A DNA stretch of 64,000 nucleotides from an uncultured Elusimicrobia bacterium (GTDB taxonomy: Bacteria; Elusimicrobiota; Endomicrobiia; DTEH01): positions 6,427 to 70,426 of the forward strand of contig CAZLOB010000038.1 in assembly GCA_964561135.1 (NCBI GenBank), written 5' to 3'. Positions 29,238-38,978 of the stretch are shown one piece after another. The position numbers were made by a program, and so were the translations under genes. The notes beneath the pieces are model-generated. The model saw nothing but the letters and a program-made list of their open reading frames with translations, had not been told where the DNA came from and ran no database searches. Numbering within the stretch: the stretch's first letter is position 1; the number at the start of each line of letters is the position of its first letter.

Positions 29238-30815
29238 TTAATTCGTTTCTTTTTCTAAACATTCTTGTAAACGTTTTTCTGCCTGGGGCGATAAGTTTAA
29301 AAATTCTATTCCCGTTCTGTATTGATTATAATTGTTCTCTAATCTTGTAGAATGTTTAACTTTGGCTATTGTCTCTATAGTAAAGTTAGGTAAATAAAGT
29401 TCGACTTCAAGAAATGTACCAACAGGAAGATCTTCGTTTGATATAAATTGTAATCCTCTTAAAGATATATTTCTTGTTTTTGCTAATATGGGAAATACAG
29501 CTTTCATATCTTCAGCTGTAAGTTTTTTATATGCAAATGAGATTTCTTTGTTCACACGAACAAATTTTCGTTCTTCAATAGAAAACAATTTTTTTGAAAC
29601 AAAAATGTCTACTATATTTTTGTCTATTTTTCCTTGGTCTGCCATTTCATAAAGTGTTTTTATTGCATCTTGTTGTGAGAAAGGTGGTTTATAAGGACGG
29701 TCATAACTTATCAGTGCATCATAAATATCTGCAACACATAAAATCCGTGCTAATAAAGGTATCTGTTCACCTTTAAGACCGTACGGATATCCGCTACCGT
29801 CCATAAATTCGTGGTGTAAAGAAGCTATATATGGTACATCTTTATATTCTTGTGGAAAATGTATTTTTGACAGTATGTCATAAGTTAGTGTAGCATGTGT
29901 TTTCATAATTTCATATTCTTCAGGAGTAAACCTACCTTGTTTTAATAAAATACTATCAGGGACACCAATTTTGCCTATATCATGTAATATTGCAGCATAT
30001 TCTAAAACTTTTTTTTCAGAAATATCTAAATTCATTGCTTTAGCAATATTTATAGCGTATCTCATAACACGTAATGAATGACCTTTAGTGGCTGGGTCGC
30101 GTGCATCAACTACTGCTGCAAAAGATTTTAATAGACTTTCAAGTAACAACTGTATTTGTCCATAAAGCTGTGCGTTAATTATAACATTAGTAATTTCATT
30201 ACACAACAACACTAATATTTCTTCATCTTTTTTTGAAAACCCTTTTTTACTTTTCTTGTTCAAAACTTCAATCACACCAATAACATTGTTAGATTTATCA
30301 AATACTGGGACAGAAAGAATCGTTTTTGTCCTAAATTTTATTTTTTGATCTATAATTGGAGAAAACCTTTTATCTTTATAAACATCGTCATTTATTCTCA
30401 CAATTTGGCCTGTCTTAGCAACATATCCTGCAATACCTTCACCTATTGGTAACACAATTTCTTCAACGAATTCTTCAGCAACTATTGTCCATAAAATGTT
30501 CGCTTCTTTATTAACTAAAAAAATGCTGCTTCGTTCAGCGTTTAATAAATCTGAAATTGAATGAGCAATAAAATTAAATAATACATTTATATCAGTACAA
30601 TAGATTAATTGTGATATAACGTTGTACACATTTTTATAAAACAACAAAGAACTTATTTTGAAGTTGAAATAAAGAAAAACAAATGTAATGATAAGTAAAA
30701 ATAAAAGAAAAGATAAAACAATCGAATGTTTTGAAACAAATATTATCAATATGTAGAAAATGATACCAAAAAGAAAAAAGAACAGCAAAAAATTTTTTTT
30801 ATGCATTTTATGCAT
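29238..30815 (-). CDS. Membrane-anchored GAF / HD-GYP c-di-GMP phosphodiesterase with C-terminal PilZ domain
   Basis: Two N-terminal TMs. GAF block (LLNAERSSIFLVNKEANILWT...GIAGYVAKTGQIVRINDD). HD-GYP block (HSLRVMRYA...ILHDIGKIGVPD...HHEFMDGSGYPYGLKG). C-terminal PilZ motifs RKFVR (RxxxR) and NISLRGLQF (D/NxSxxG). Confidence 0.7.
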   Translation of the reverse strand: MHKMHKKNFLLFFFLFGIIFYILIIFVSKHSIVLSFLLFLLIITFVFLYFNFKISSLLFYKNVYNVISQLIYCTDINVLFNFIAHSISDLLNAERSSIFLVNKEANILWTIVAEEFVEEIVLPIGEGIAGYVAKTGQIVRINDDVYKDKRFSPIIDQKIKFRTKTILSVPVFDKSNNVIGVIEVLNKKSKKGFSKKDEEILVLLCNEITNVIINAQLYGQIQLLLESLLKSFAAVVDARDPATKGHSLRVMRYAINIAKAMNLDISEKKVLEYAAILHDIGKIGVPDSILLKQGRFTPEEYEIMKTHATLTYDILSKIHFPQEYKDVPYIASLHHEFMDGSGYPYGLKGEQIPLLARILCVADIYDALISYDRPYKPPFSQQDAIKTLYEMADQGKIDKNIVDIFVSKKLFSIEERKFVRVNKEISFAYKKLTAEDMKAVFPILAKTRNISLRGLQFISNEDLPVGTFLEVELYLPNFTIETIAKVKHSTRLENNYNQYRTGIEFLNLSPQAEKRLQECLEKETN

Positions 30816-30926
30816 TTTTAAAAAACCAACTAGCCTGTATTTTCTTACTTATATACAAAATTAAAATTTTTTTGTCAATTACTTATTGAATTTGAAAAGA
30901 AAATAAAGTATAAAACAAAAAATAAC

Positions 30927-30999
30927 GGGGTGGTAGTTCAGTTGGGAGAACATCCGCTTGGCGTGCGGAAGGTCGGGGGTTCAACTCCCCTCCACTCCA
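30927..30999 (+). tRNA. tRNA-Ala (anticodon GGC)
   Basis: Acceptor GGGGTGG/CCACTCC with a G3:U70 wobble (the Ala identity element). D arm GTTC-AGTTGGGA-GAAC; anticodon stem TCCGC/GCGGA with loop TTGGCGT; T arm GGGGG-TTCAACT-CCCCT; discriminator A. Confidence 0.85.
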
Positions 31000-31231
31000 A
31001 AATAAGTTTGTTTAGTTGATAAGTGAATGTGTTAATGGAAGGGATTATAGGGTTTGTTGAGTTATAGAGTTTTGTTTTTTTGTTTGAAATCTGCGGTTTT
31101 TTAATAGGTGTCATCCTTGATTGTTCTTTTATCCATGGGACCCTTAGTAGCGTATAGTGGTCAGATTTATCCAACAAAATATGGTATGATATAACTTACT
31201 GCTACCAATTTGATATTTACATACAAAATTT

Positions 31232-32173
31232 TTACTTTACAAATTCGAAAACTAAAGAAATCCTGTGAATATAACCTAACTCTTCACCAAAATATGTAAC
31301 CGCATAATCTAAAGAAGATCTAACACCAATAGCCGAGATTTTTTCCCACGAAGTTTCTTTACCTATTTCTGTTTTTACTCCAACTCCGAAACACCATCCT
31401 TTTTGAAGATCAACATTGTCTATTTGGTTATATCCAACACGAACAAAATATTTGTCTTGATATATATATTCTGCACCTGTATAAAACTTAATATTTGCAT
31501 CTTGTGGTTTTTCAATATCTAACCCAATAGATATATTATTTTTAGGTTTATATCCAGCACCAAATCTTATACTGAAAGGCAAGTTGTTTACTACATCCGA
31601 AACAATTATTTGTGTCCCTAAATTCTGCACATTAAGACCAAAAGAAAATTTTTCTATTAAAAACAATCCTGAAATATCAGCTGCGAAACCGTTTGCATTA
31701 TATTGACCATATTTTTGTAGAATACTTTTAACACTAATACCAAGGTTTAAATTTTTTGTAAAACTTCTCGCAAAAGTTAATACAATAGCAGCGTTGTATA
31801 TATCTTGTGCGTTTTCAATAAGACCACCGTTCTCATCACGAAATTCAAACCCACCACCAAAAGACAAGTAGTTCACAGCAACACCTACTGATTGTTTACC
31901 GAAAGGATATACAAAACCTAAGTAAGTACTATTTATTCCTTCAAACCATTGTAGATACGAAATAAATAATTCTGGATAAAGAACCAGAGTTGTCCCTGCA
32001 GGATTAAAATATATACTATTAACATCATCTGATATCCCAACGAACGCATTTCCCATACCAGCAGGTCTGCTACCAGGTGTAATTTTTAAAAACAATGCTG
32101 TTGAAGAACTTTTGTTATCTCCAGCAAAAAGAAAATAAACAAAAATAAGAATTATAATTAAGTATTTCTTCAT
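31232..32173 (-). CDS. Outer-membrane beta-barrel protein (PorV/PorP-SprF/FadL-like), downstream of giant T9SS-CTD cargo
   Basis: Internal start MKKYLIIILIFVYFLFAG avoids overlap with the upstream gene. Conserved N-terminal block PGSRPAGMGNAFVGISDDVNSIYFNPAGT. Terminal ...SLVFEFVK. Confidence 0.4.
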   Translation of the reverse strand: MKKYLIIILIFVYFLFAGDNKSSSTALFLKITPGSRPAGMGNAFVGISDDVNSIYFNPAGTTLVLYPELFISYLQWFEGINSTYLGFVYPFGKQSVGVAVNYLSFGGGFEFRDENGGLIENAQDIYNAAIVLTFARSFTKNLNLGISVKSILQKYGQYNANGFAADISGLFLIEKFSFGLNVQNLGTQIIVSDVVNNLPFSIRFGAGYKPKNNISIGLDIEKPQDANIKFYTGAEYIYQDKYFVRVGYNQIDNVDLQKGWCFGVGVKTEIGKETSWEKISAIGVRSSLDYAVTYFGEELGYIHRISLVFEFVK

Positions 32174-32192
32174 ACATTTTATTTTTATAATT

Positions 32193-35100
32193 TTATTTTT
32201 TAATAACAACTTGTTTTTTAGTAACAACATATTTCTTTCCTGACATTTCTTCAACTATAATTTTGCAAACATATACACCACTACCAACTTTTTGTTTTGC
32301 TTGGTTATCACATAACCATTCATATTGTTTATTTTCACCAGCAGAAGGATCAAGTTCTTCTTCTTTTACAAGTTCACCTAAAATGTTATAAATTCTTAAA
32401 GTAACTTTTTTTGCTGGATTTAATAATGAATATCTTAAAGTCACTTTACCAATTGAAGATGGATTAGGAAAAGTATACACACTATCTTTAAAAACTTCCT
32501 CTGCTGTAATAATATTTATGAAAAATTTCGATATATAAGTTGGCGAGGTGTTACCTGCGTTATCAACCAATGTTATATTTATTCTATATTCTCCATTAAT
32601 ATTCTGCTCGGGAAATGATAACAAAATAAGATAAGTAGTTGCGCTAATCTGTGTTAGTGATTTTATTGTTGAAACTTCTTTACCATCGGGACGATAAAGT
32701 CTAACATTTTGTGCTGAAAGATTTACTCCTGAACCACCTGTTTCTGTAAAAATTATTTGAATAGAACTAACTGCAACAGTAAATTTAGCGCCATCTTGTG
32801 GCCAAACAGATATAACTATTGGTGATGAAGTATCAGTTGCATATAGCTCTTGTAATTTCTTAAAGTTCACAGTAACAGAGGAAACAAGTGTGAGATCAAA
32901 ATCTATAACTTTTGCAAAAAAAGTCCTTGTTCCAGGTATGTTGCCAGTGTATACTGCTTTCACTTGACCATTAACATCTGTATAACTTGATAAAATAATA
33001 AACATATCATCTTGTGGTTTACTATCAACATATATTAAAACTTGTTTTTGTCCGATAGAAGGTATAGATGAAGAAATGATATTTCCGTATTGATCTTTAA
33101 GTGTCACCGTTATAATCACAGAACTTCCTATTAAAACATCATACGCAGTTGATTCTATTGTTGAGACAGTAGGTGACGGTTTCCCAGCAATAAGATCACT
33201 ACCTGGTAAAAACATAACAGCTGCTGTCGATAAAATTGTTTGGTTATCTGTTATATTATAAGCAGTGATAAATTTTAATTCTGCTTTTGTAGATGACAAC
33301 GTAGCAAAAGTTTGTCCTAAACTATTTGTTTTATCCTGTGGTTGAATAATTATATTCTGGGAACCAGTTACTGAAATTGACGCATCTTTATTAGCAACGG
33401 GTTGATTTGCAACATCTTTTAATGTTATAACAACATTTATTGTTGAACCAACAACAGCTTCATAATATTTTGTATAACTATCAATAATAGTCACACTTGA
33501 GAAAAATACACTTACTGCCCTTGTTATCCAAAACGTTTGTGATGCAGATTGTAATCCAGGATAAAAAACTGTAATGTTTTGTACGCCTGCTTCATTATCT
33601 CTGTATCTAAAACGCGCTTCTCCTAACACCATATTTACAGAATTACCTATCTCTACATTCGCTGTTGAACTTATAAAAGCATAATCTGAAGATGTTGTCT
33701 CTAAATAAACAATTCCTTCAATATCAACATCTTTATTTCCTTTTTCATCCTGTGCTTGGACAATAATTATTTGTGATGAAGACCCAGTAAGCAATTCCTG
33801 CCCAGCAGTAATAAATACAAGTTTTGTTGCAATAATATTATCAACTTGGAAACTCCCTGTTTGAACTGTTAAACCTACACCGTCTTCATCTTCAGGTGTA
33901 ATACGTATAGCTGTGGACACATCTTTATTGGGAAGGTCTTTTGTTGAATCCCAAATGAATGTATGTTCTTCACCTGATAAAGAAGCAAGTAAGTTTTCTG
34001 TTGGTTCTGAAGCGATCCATCTTGTAGCTGGTTTCCAATTACCATCTGTATCACGAAATTCTACTTTTATTTTACAATAATTATACGGCTCAGGTTTATC
34101 ATCTTCATCTATCAACCAATACTTTATTGTTACCAACCCTGTTTGTTCAGTAGATGGTGTTTCAATGACAACTTTTGGTGGTGTCCCTCTTACAACAAAT
34201 GTCTTAATTTCTGTGGCTTGTCCTGACGCTTCGTTTATTGATAAAACTACTGGTAAAGAAGTAGAATATATGTTATATGAATACGTTGCAATAGTTATAC
34301 TATATGGATTTTCAGCATAGAACCTATATTTTATTCTACCACCACTCCTACCAATACTACCAAACGGATAATTTATATTACTTAACACAAAATGGTATAT
34401 CTCACCATTAGTATAATCGCCATCATTACCCACACCTACTTTAAGTTGCATACCAAATTGTTCTGTTGTTTGGAATATAAGGTCATCGTTCAAATCAACC
34501 CATACTTGGACAGTAGTCGGCGGGTTACCATTACTTGCTAACCCAAGGTCAAAATATTTCACCTGAAATTCAACAGAACCAAATCTATCTATATAATTTG
34601 GTTCAACACCATCATCTACAAAACCACTAAAACCGCTATATACAATAGTAGGATCCCAATAAATTATGCTGTTAACCAAATCATCAGGTAAAAATGGTCT
34701 TGTATAATCTCTAAATGTTAAAACAGAATTTTTTGCACGAACATTAAAACATGCAGAAATTGTTGCTGTGTTTGTGTCAAGAACAATATTATCAAAAGTA
34801 TGTATGATATTGTTTGCAGTAATAAATGTAGTATATGTGGTAGCGGGTTGCAAGTTAGCAATATAAATTTTGTTTGTATTATTGAGTGGTGAACTATTAA
34901 ATGTGAGACCATTTGAATTTAAGAAAGTGAAACTTGTATATTCAATTTTAGTAATAGTTCCACCTAATGATAGTCCGTAATAAAAAAATTCTGTTCCAGA
35001 AACTATGTCATAACTTTTATCTTCAGCAAGTTTTCGCGTTACAATAGTAGGGGCTGCAGGATGACCAACAAATTCTATTGTTGCACCATCTTTGTTTTCA

Positions 35101-37475
35101 AAACATGCCCCAATATAATTGGGGTCTGAAAAATCGCATAAGTTAACTATTTTTTGTACATTTTTATCTTTTGATTCCGCGATTGTTACAAAAACATACT
35201 GTTCTCCTGGTGATATAGGTGATGCTCTATGTGTTAACCTAAACTTAACTTCTCCATTATCACTTATATAATCCTCATCATGAGTTAACAACCTTGACTG
35301 TACACCTGATTTTGTTCCATAAACTTGCCATTTATCTCCATCAGGTCCGTAACCATAACTTACAATCCATACTTCTGATTTTGTTGTAGAACTTGTTGTA
35401 ACAGATGTTATATCATTTGTCCCACCAGGGCCATCAACACCACCATCGTCGTAACGTAACATTGGTGTGTCATAAGAAAACAGTATAGTATTCCACCCAT
35501 GTGATTTTGTTTCATAAAGTTGATCTAAATAATTAAATTTTAACATATTTGAGGTATGCCAAGCATGAGCCGCTTGCGGCATTGAAAATTGTCCCCAGAT
35601 TCTTGTAAGACCCGGAATTCTATCATGATTTTGACTTATAACCCAAGAATTTTCTTTTGTAAATTCTTGTTTATATGGTGTATTGGCAAATTCTGTTGCA
35701 GAACCTAAGAAACAATTTTTCAACCATATTTGTGAAACATATCCTGTATTTTCTTCACCTTCTATATAAATATCACCACATTTGTTATCACTATAGTATT
35801 CATCAACACATAAATTGTCTATTGATGAATGTGACGCAAAACCATAACCTACATCATAACCAACATCGCCAGCATTACCAGTAGACACGTTCATCACAAA
35901 AATATTACCGTCAGAACCATATCTTACACGTATACCACCAACCTTGTTTGACCAACACTTGTTTGCACCTACATAGTTATATTTTGAACTTGACTCCAAA
36001 GCAATACCATACACACGATTGTTAAAACATTCATTGTTTATAATTACATTTTTGTTTGACCTAATTAGCGAAATACCTTCTTCTGCAAGTTGGTTATATA
36101 CTTTGTTTGAAGCAACTAAGTTTTTGTTAGAATCTTCAAAATATATCCCACGGATTTTGTTGTTATAAATCTCGTTGTATGAAATTTCGTTTTCAGAAGA
36201 ATTATCAAATCTTATCCCATATCCAACATTGCCACCTATATTTGAATAAATTTTGTTATTTCTTATATCTGACTTTTCTGTATTTTTAAACCACACACCA
36301 GCACGAACACAACTTCTTATTATATTTGATACTATCCCTTGAGAATACCACCAACGATTTATTCTTTTACAATTCTTAAACAATATCCCTGTATCAGGTG
36401 AAGAAGAAATGTCACAATTATAAAATTTTATATAATCTTTTGTACCATCAATAGGAGCACCAACACCAATGAAAACTATCCCATACAATTCATATCCTTC
36501 TGGTGTCGTTGTATCCCACAATCCTGTATGATGAACAACCACATTTTCCATTCTCATACCTACAGATGTTTCTTTATTTCGCTTCAAAGTTAAAATATAA
36601 TCAGCACTAATACTTATTGTCCTTTTAACAAATTCAGGATCAGGTTTGTCATGATTTGCCGGATTAGGATCGATTCCTACAATTTCCATATACCCTAAAT
36701 TTGTAGCGGCACCTAAATACAAATCTAATGTTGTATTGATAATTGGATTATAGAAATATATGTTTTTATTATTTTCTATTTCTTCAAAAATAAAACTACC
36801 CGGCGTGTTTATTAAAAGCATACCGTTGTTTATTAGCTTACCAGAACCATATACAGAAAAATTTACAATTGTAGATGAAACTACCTTAAATATACAATCT
36901 TTATCTATAGTAAGATTTAAAGTGTTAATAACAACATTTGAGTTTAAAGAATTACTACCAAAAACAACTTCAAACTTTGACCCATTATACTCATTTTTTG
37001 CAAGTTCTATATCTGAAAAGATGTTGATATCTACCCTTACATCTGATGTATCTATATTGATTACAAAATCGTTATTTTCTACCAACTTAAGCTTTTGGCA
37101 GGAAAGGTAGAACTTATCGTTTTCATTAGATGAATTTATTATTATTTGAGCAGCATTCCCACAATATATATCACCACTTATTGTTAAAGTGCTTCCTGTA
37201 ACACCATCAGAAACAAATCTTAATGTAGCATATTTATCTAAAGTTAATGATGCTGCAGAACATATTGCAGTAGTATCAATTATAATTATAAATCCTTGTG
37301 AAATTACAACATCATCACCTACTGTAGGAATAGTCCCGCTATCCCAAGTATTAGGTGAATTCCATAAAAGTGGTACTCCAGCTGTTCCCGTAGAAGTTAT
37401 AACTGCTGTATACCCTATTGAAGAAAATAATATGTAAAAAAGTAAAAAAGATATGAATAACTTTGTTTCTTTCAC
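32193..37475 (-). CDS. Giant (1760 aa) cell-surface protein: right-handed beta-helix (PbH1) repeats plus multiple Ig-like domains plus T9SS C-terminal sorting domain
   Basis: Signal peptide MKETKLFISFLLFYILFSSIGYTAV. Beta-helix repeats (NNKIYSNIGGNVGYGIRFDNSSENEISYNEIYNNKIRGIYFEDSNKNLVASNKVYN...). C-terminal CTD (KVTLRIYNILGELVKEEELDPSAGENKQYEWLCDNQAKQKVGSGVYVCKIIVEE...). Confidence 0.7.
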   Translation of the reverse strand: MKETKLFISFLLFYILFSSIGYTAVITSTGTAGVPLLWNSPNTWDSGTIPTVGDDVVISQGFIIIIDTTAICSAASLTLDKYATLRFVSDGVTGSTLTISGDIYCGNAAQIIINSSNENDKFYLSCQKLKLVENNDFVINIDTSDVRVDINIFSDIELAKNEYNGSKFEVVFGSNSLNSNVVINTLNLTIDKDCIFKVVSSTIVNFSVYGSGKLINNGMLLINTPGSFIFEEIENNKNIYFYNPIINTTLDLYLGAATNLGYMEIVGIDPNPANHDKPDPEFVKRTISISADYILTLKRNKETSVGMRMENVVVHHTGLWDTTTPEGYELYGIVFIGVGAPIDGTKDYIKFYNCDISSSPDTGILFKNCKRINRWWYSQGIVSNIIRSCVRAGVWFKNTEKSDIRNNKIYSNIGGNVGYGIRFDNSSENEISYNEIYNNKIRGIYFEDSNKNLVASNKVYNQLAEEGISLIRSNKNVIINNECFNNRVYGIALESSSKYNYVGANKCWSNKVGGIRVRYGSDGNIFVMNVSTGNAGDVGYDVGYGFASHSSIDNLCVDEYYSDNKCGDIYIEGEENTGYVSQIWLKNCFLGSATEFANTPYKQEFTKENSWVISQNHDRIPGLTRIWGQFSMPQAAHAWHTSNMLKFNYLDQLYETKSHGWNTILFSYDTPMLRYDDGGVDGPGGTNDITSVTTSSTTKSEVWIVSYGYGPDGDKWQVYGTKSGVQSRLLTHDEDYISDNGEVKFRLTHRASPISPGEQYVFVTIAESKDKNVQKIVNLCDFSDPNYIGACFENKDGATIEFVGHPAAPTIVTRKLAEDKSYDIVSGTEFFYYGLSLGGTITKIEYTSFTFLNSNGLTFNSSPLNNTNKIYIANLQPATTYTTFITANNIIHTFDNIVLDTNTATISACFNVRAKNSVLTFRDYTRPFLPDDLVNSIIYWDPTIVYSGFSGFVDDGVEPNYIDRFGSVEFQVKYFDLGLASNGNPPTTVQVWVDLNDDLIFQTTEQFGMQLKVGVGNDGDYTNGEIYHFVLSNINYPFGSIGRSGGRIKYRFYAENPYSITIATYSYNIYSTSLPVVLSINEASGQATEIKTFVVRGTPPKVVIETPSTEQTGLVTIKYWLIDEDDKPEPYNYCKIKVEFRDTDGNWKPATRWIASEPTENLLASLSGEEHTFIWDSTKDLPNKDVSTAIRITPEDEDGVGLTVQTGSFQVDNIIATKLVFITAGQELLTGSSSQIIIVQAQDEKGNKDVDIEGIVYLETTSSDYAFISSTANVEIGNSVNMVLGEARFRYRDNEAGVQNITVFYPGLQSASQTFWITRAVSVFFSSVTIIDSYTKYYEAVVGSTINVVITLKDVANQPVANKDASISVTGSQNIIIQPQDKTNSLGQTFATLSSTKAELKFITAYNITDNQTILSTAAVMFLPGSDLIAGKPSPTVSTIESTAYDVLIGSSVIITVTLKDQYGNIISSSIPSIGQKQVLIYVDSKPQDDMFIILSSYTDVNGQVKAVYTGNIPGTRTFFAKVIDFDLTLVSSVTVNFKKLQELYATDTSSPIVISVWPQDGAKFTVAVSSIQIIFTETGGSGVNLSAQNVRLYRPDGKEVSTIKSLTQISATTYLILLSFPEQNINGEYRINITLVDNAGNTSPTYISKFFINIITAEEVFKDSVYTFPNPSSIGKVTLRYSLLNPAKKVTLRIYNILGELVKEEELDPSAGENKQYEWLCDNQAKQKVGSGVYVCKIIVEEMSGKKYVVTKKQVVIKK

Positions 37476-37577
37476 AATAAAAGTCCTTACTAAAATACCT
37501 AATGGCGACTAATAATAAACTTAAATATTTTTTGAAATTTTTAGTTTAACAAAATCTTTAGTTAATCTTTATTAAAT

Positions 37578-37817
37578 TTATTTTTTACCTTTTTTCCCTT
37601 TACGTGCCATTTTTGCTCTTGATATATCACCATTTTTATCTATAAAATAAAGATAACCATCTTCTTTTTTTACACCAACTTTTGCTACTTTTTGTGGTTT
37701 ACCAGCTTTTTTTCTACCGCGAGCCATCTTCACTCTTGATACATCACCATCTTTATCCACATAGTACAAATATCCTTCTTCTTTTTTTACACCAACTTTT
37801 GCTACTTTTTCCGCCAT
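37578..37817 (-). CDS. Small basic protein consisting of two tandem ~37-aa repeats (unknown family; possible nucleic-acid-binding)
   Basis: MAEKVAKVGVKKEEGYLYYVDKDGDVSRVKMARGRKKAGKPQ | KVAKVGVKKEDGYLYFIDKNGDISRAKMARKGKKGKK. The duplication is also visible at the nucleotide level (shared ccatcttctttttttacaccaacttttgctactttttg). Lys-rich tails. Confidence 0.5.
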   Translation of the reverse strand: MAEKVAKVGVKKEEGYLYYVDKDGDVSRVKMARGRKKAGKPQKVAKVGVKKEDGYLYFIDKNGDISRAKMARKGKKGKK

Positions 37818-37853
37818 TTTTTTGTACCTCCTTTTTTAGAATTTTTTAATTTT

Positions 37854-38978
37854 TTAAAGTTTGATTTCAGGATAAACAAAAATGTTGTCATTAAAATCTT
37901 TTATTATCACAGAATTTCTTGTTTTCGAAATTATAGTTGAAGGTTCAACAATAGATTTACTCATTTCTGTTGTATGAACAACAAGATTAGGTATTGCAAA
38001 CCAAGAAATTTGGCTTCTTAACTGTCTTATAATTTTTACCCCTACTGAAAAAGGTGTCCTAAAATGGGAAGTTCCTTCAACAATGTCACACTGTAATAAC
38101 TGATAAGGTCTTATTCTTAATCTTAAAAGTTTATTAAACAGCTCTGTTAAAATTTGAACTTTATCATTTATTCCTTTAAGCAAAACAGTGTTTGAAGAAA
38201 GTACAATACCATTCTCACAAAGTTGGTGACAAACATATTCAGTATAACTGTTTAACTCTTTTGGATGGTTTACCATGATGTTCAAATATATGGGTTGATA
38301 TTTTTTCAGAATATTACATAATTTAGATGTAATTCTTTGAGGCAGAACAATAGGTATTCTTGTTTCTATTCTAATAACAAATATATGTGAAATTTGTCTT
38401 AGATGTTTCAAAATATATTCTAATTTTTCGTCAGACAAAGTTAAAGGATCACCTCCTGAAAGTATTACATGATTAATTTCTTGATGTTGTTTAAGATATC
38501 TTAATACAAACTGAAATTCGTTATTTGTTATTTCATATTCTTCTTTTCCAACAAAATTTTTAAACGAGCAAAACCTACAATATGCAGCACAACGGTTTGT
38601 TAACAAAATTGTAATTCTGTCTGGATAAAAATGAATCACTTCTGGTGGTAGAAAAGGATTATTTTTTTTATTATCACTTTGTATTTTTTGAGTAGTCAAT
38701 TCTTCGGGCAAGATTTTTATTTCATTTATTGTAGGAATAAATTGTTTTCTTATAGGACAGTTAGGATCATTTTTGTCAATAATAGATAAAAGATAGTTTG
38801 TGACAGCAAATTTAAACTTGGTATGTAGAAGACCTCTTTGTTCTTCAATTGTAAGATTTATTTCGCGGATAAGTTTATGATAATCTGAAATTCTATTTTT
38901 AAGTTGTATAAACCAATTTAGTGAAAAACTTTGATGAACTTTTTGTAAACTAGTTTTGTAACTTGTTTCTAAACTCAT
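37854..38978 (-). CDS. KamA-family radical-SAM aminomutase (lysine 2,3-aminomutase-like)
   Basis: Radical SAM CxxxCxxC in the KamA arrangement (LLTNRCAAYCRFCSFKN) and the SGGDPL motif. Confidence 0.8.
   Translation of the reverse strand: MSLETSYKTSLQKVHQSFSLNWFIQLKNRISDYHKLIREINLTIEEQRGLLHTKFKFAVTNYLLSIIDKNDPNCPIRKQFIPTINEIKILPEELTTQKIQSDNKKNNPFLPPEVIHFYPDRITILLTNRCAAYCRFCSFKNFVGKEEYEITNNEFQFVLRYLKQHQEINHVILSGGDPLTLSDEKLEYILKHLRQISHIFVIRIETRIPIVLPQRITSKLCNILKKYQPIYLNIMVNHPKELNSYTEYVCHQLCENGIVLSSNTVLLKGINDKVQILTELFNKLLRLRIRPYQLLQCDIVEGTSHFRTPFSVGVKIIRQLRSQISWFAIPNLVVHTTEMSKSIVEPSTIISKTRNSVIIKDFNDNIFVYPEIKL

Noticed and set aside
30938-31177. 79-aa minus-strand ORF
   Set aside because: Overlaps tRNA-Ala on the opposite strand and continues into a compositionally odd non-coding stretch. 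It has no RBS or motif; the peptide contains 'GVEPPTFRTPSGCSPN', which is just the tRNA read backwards.
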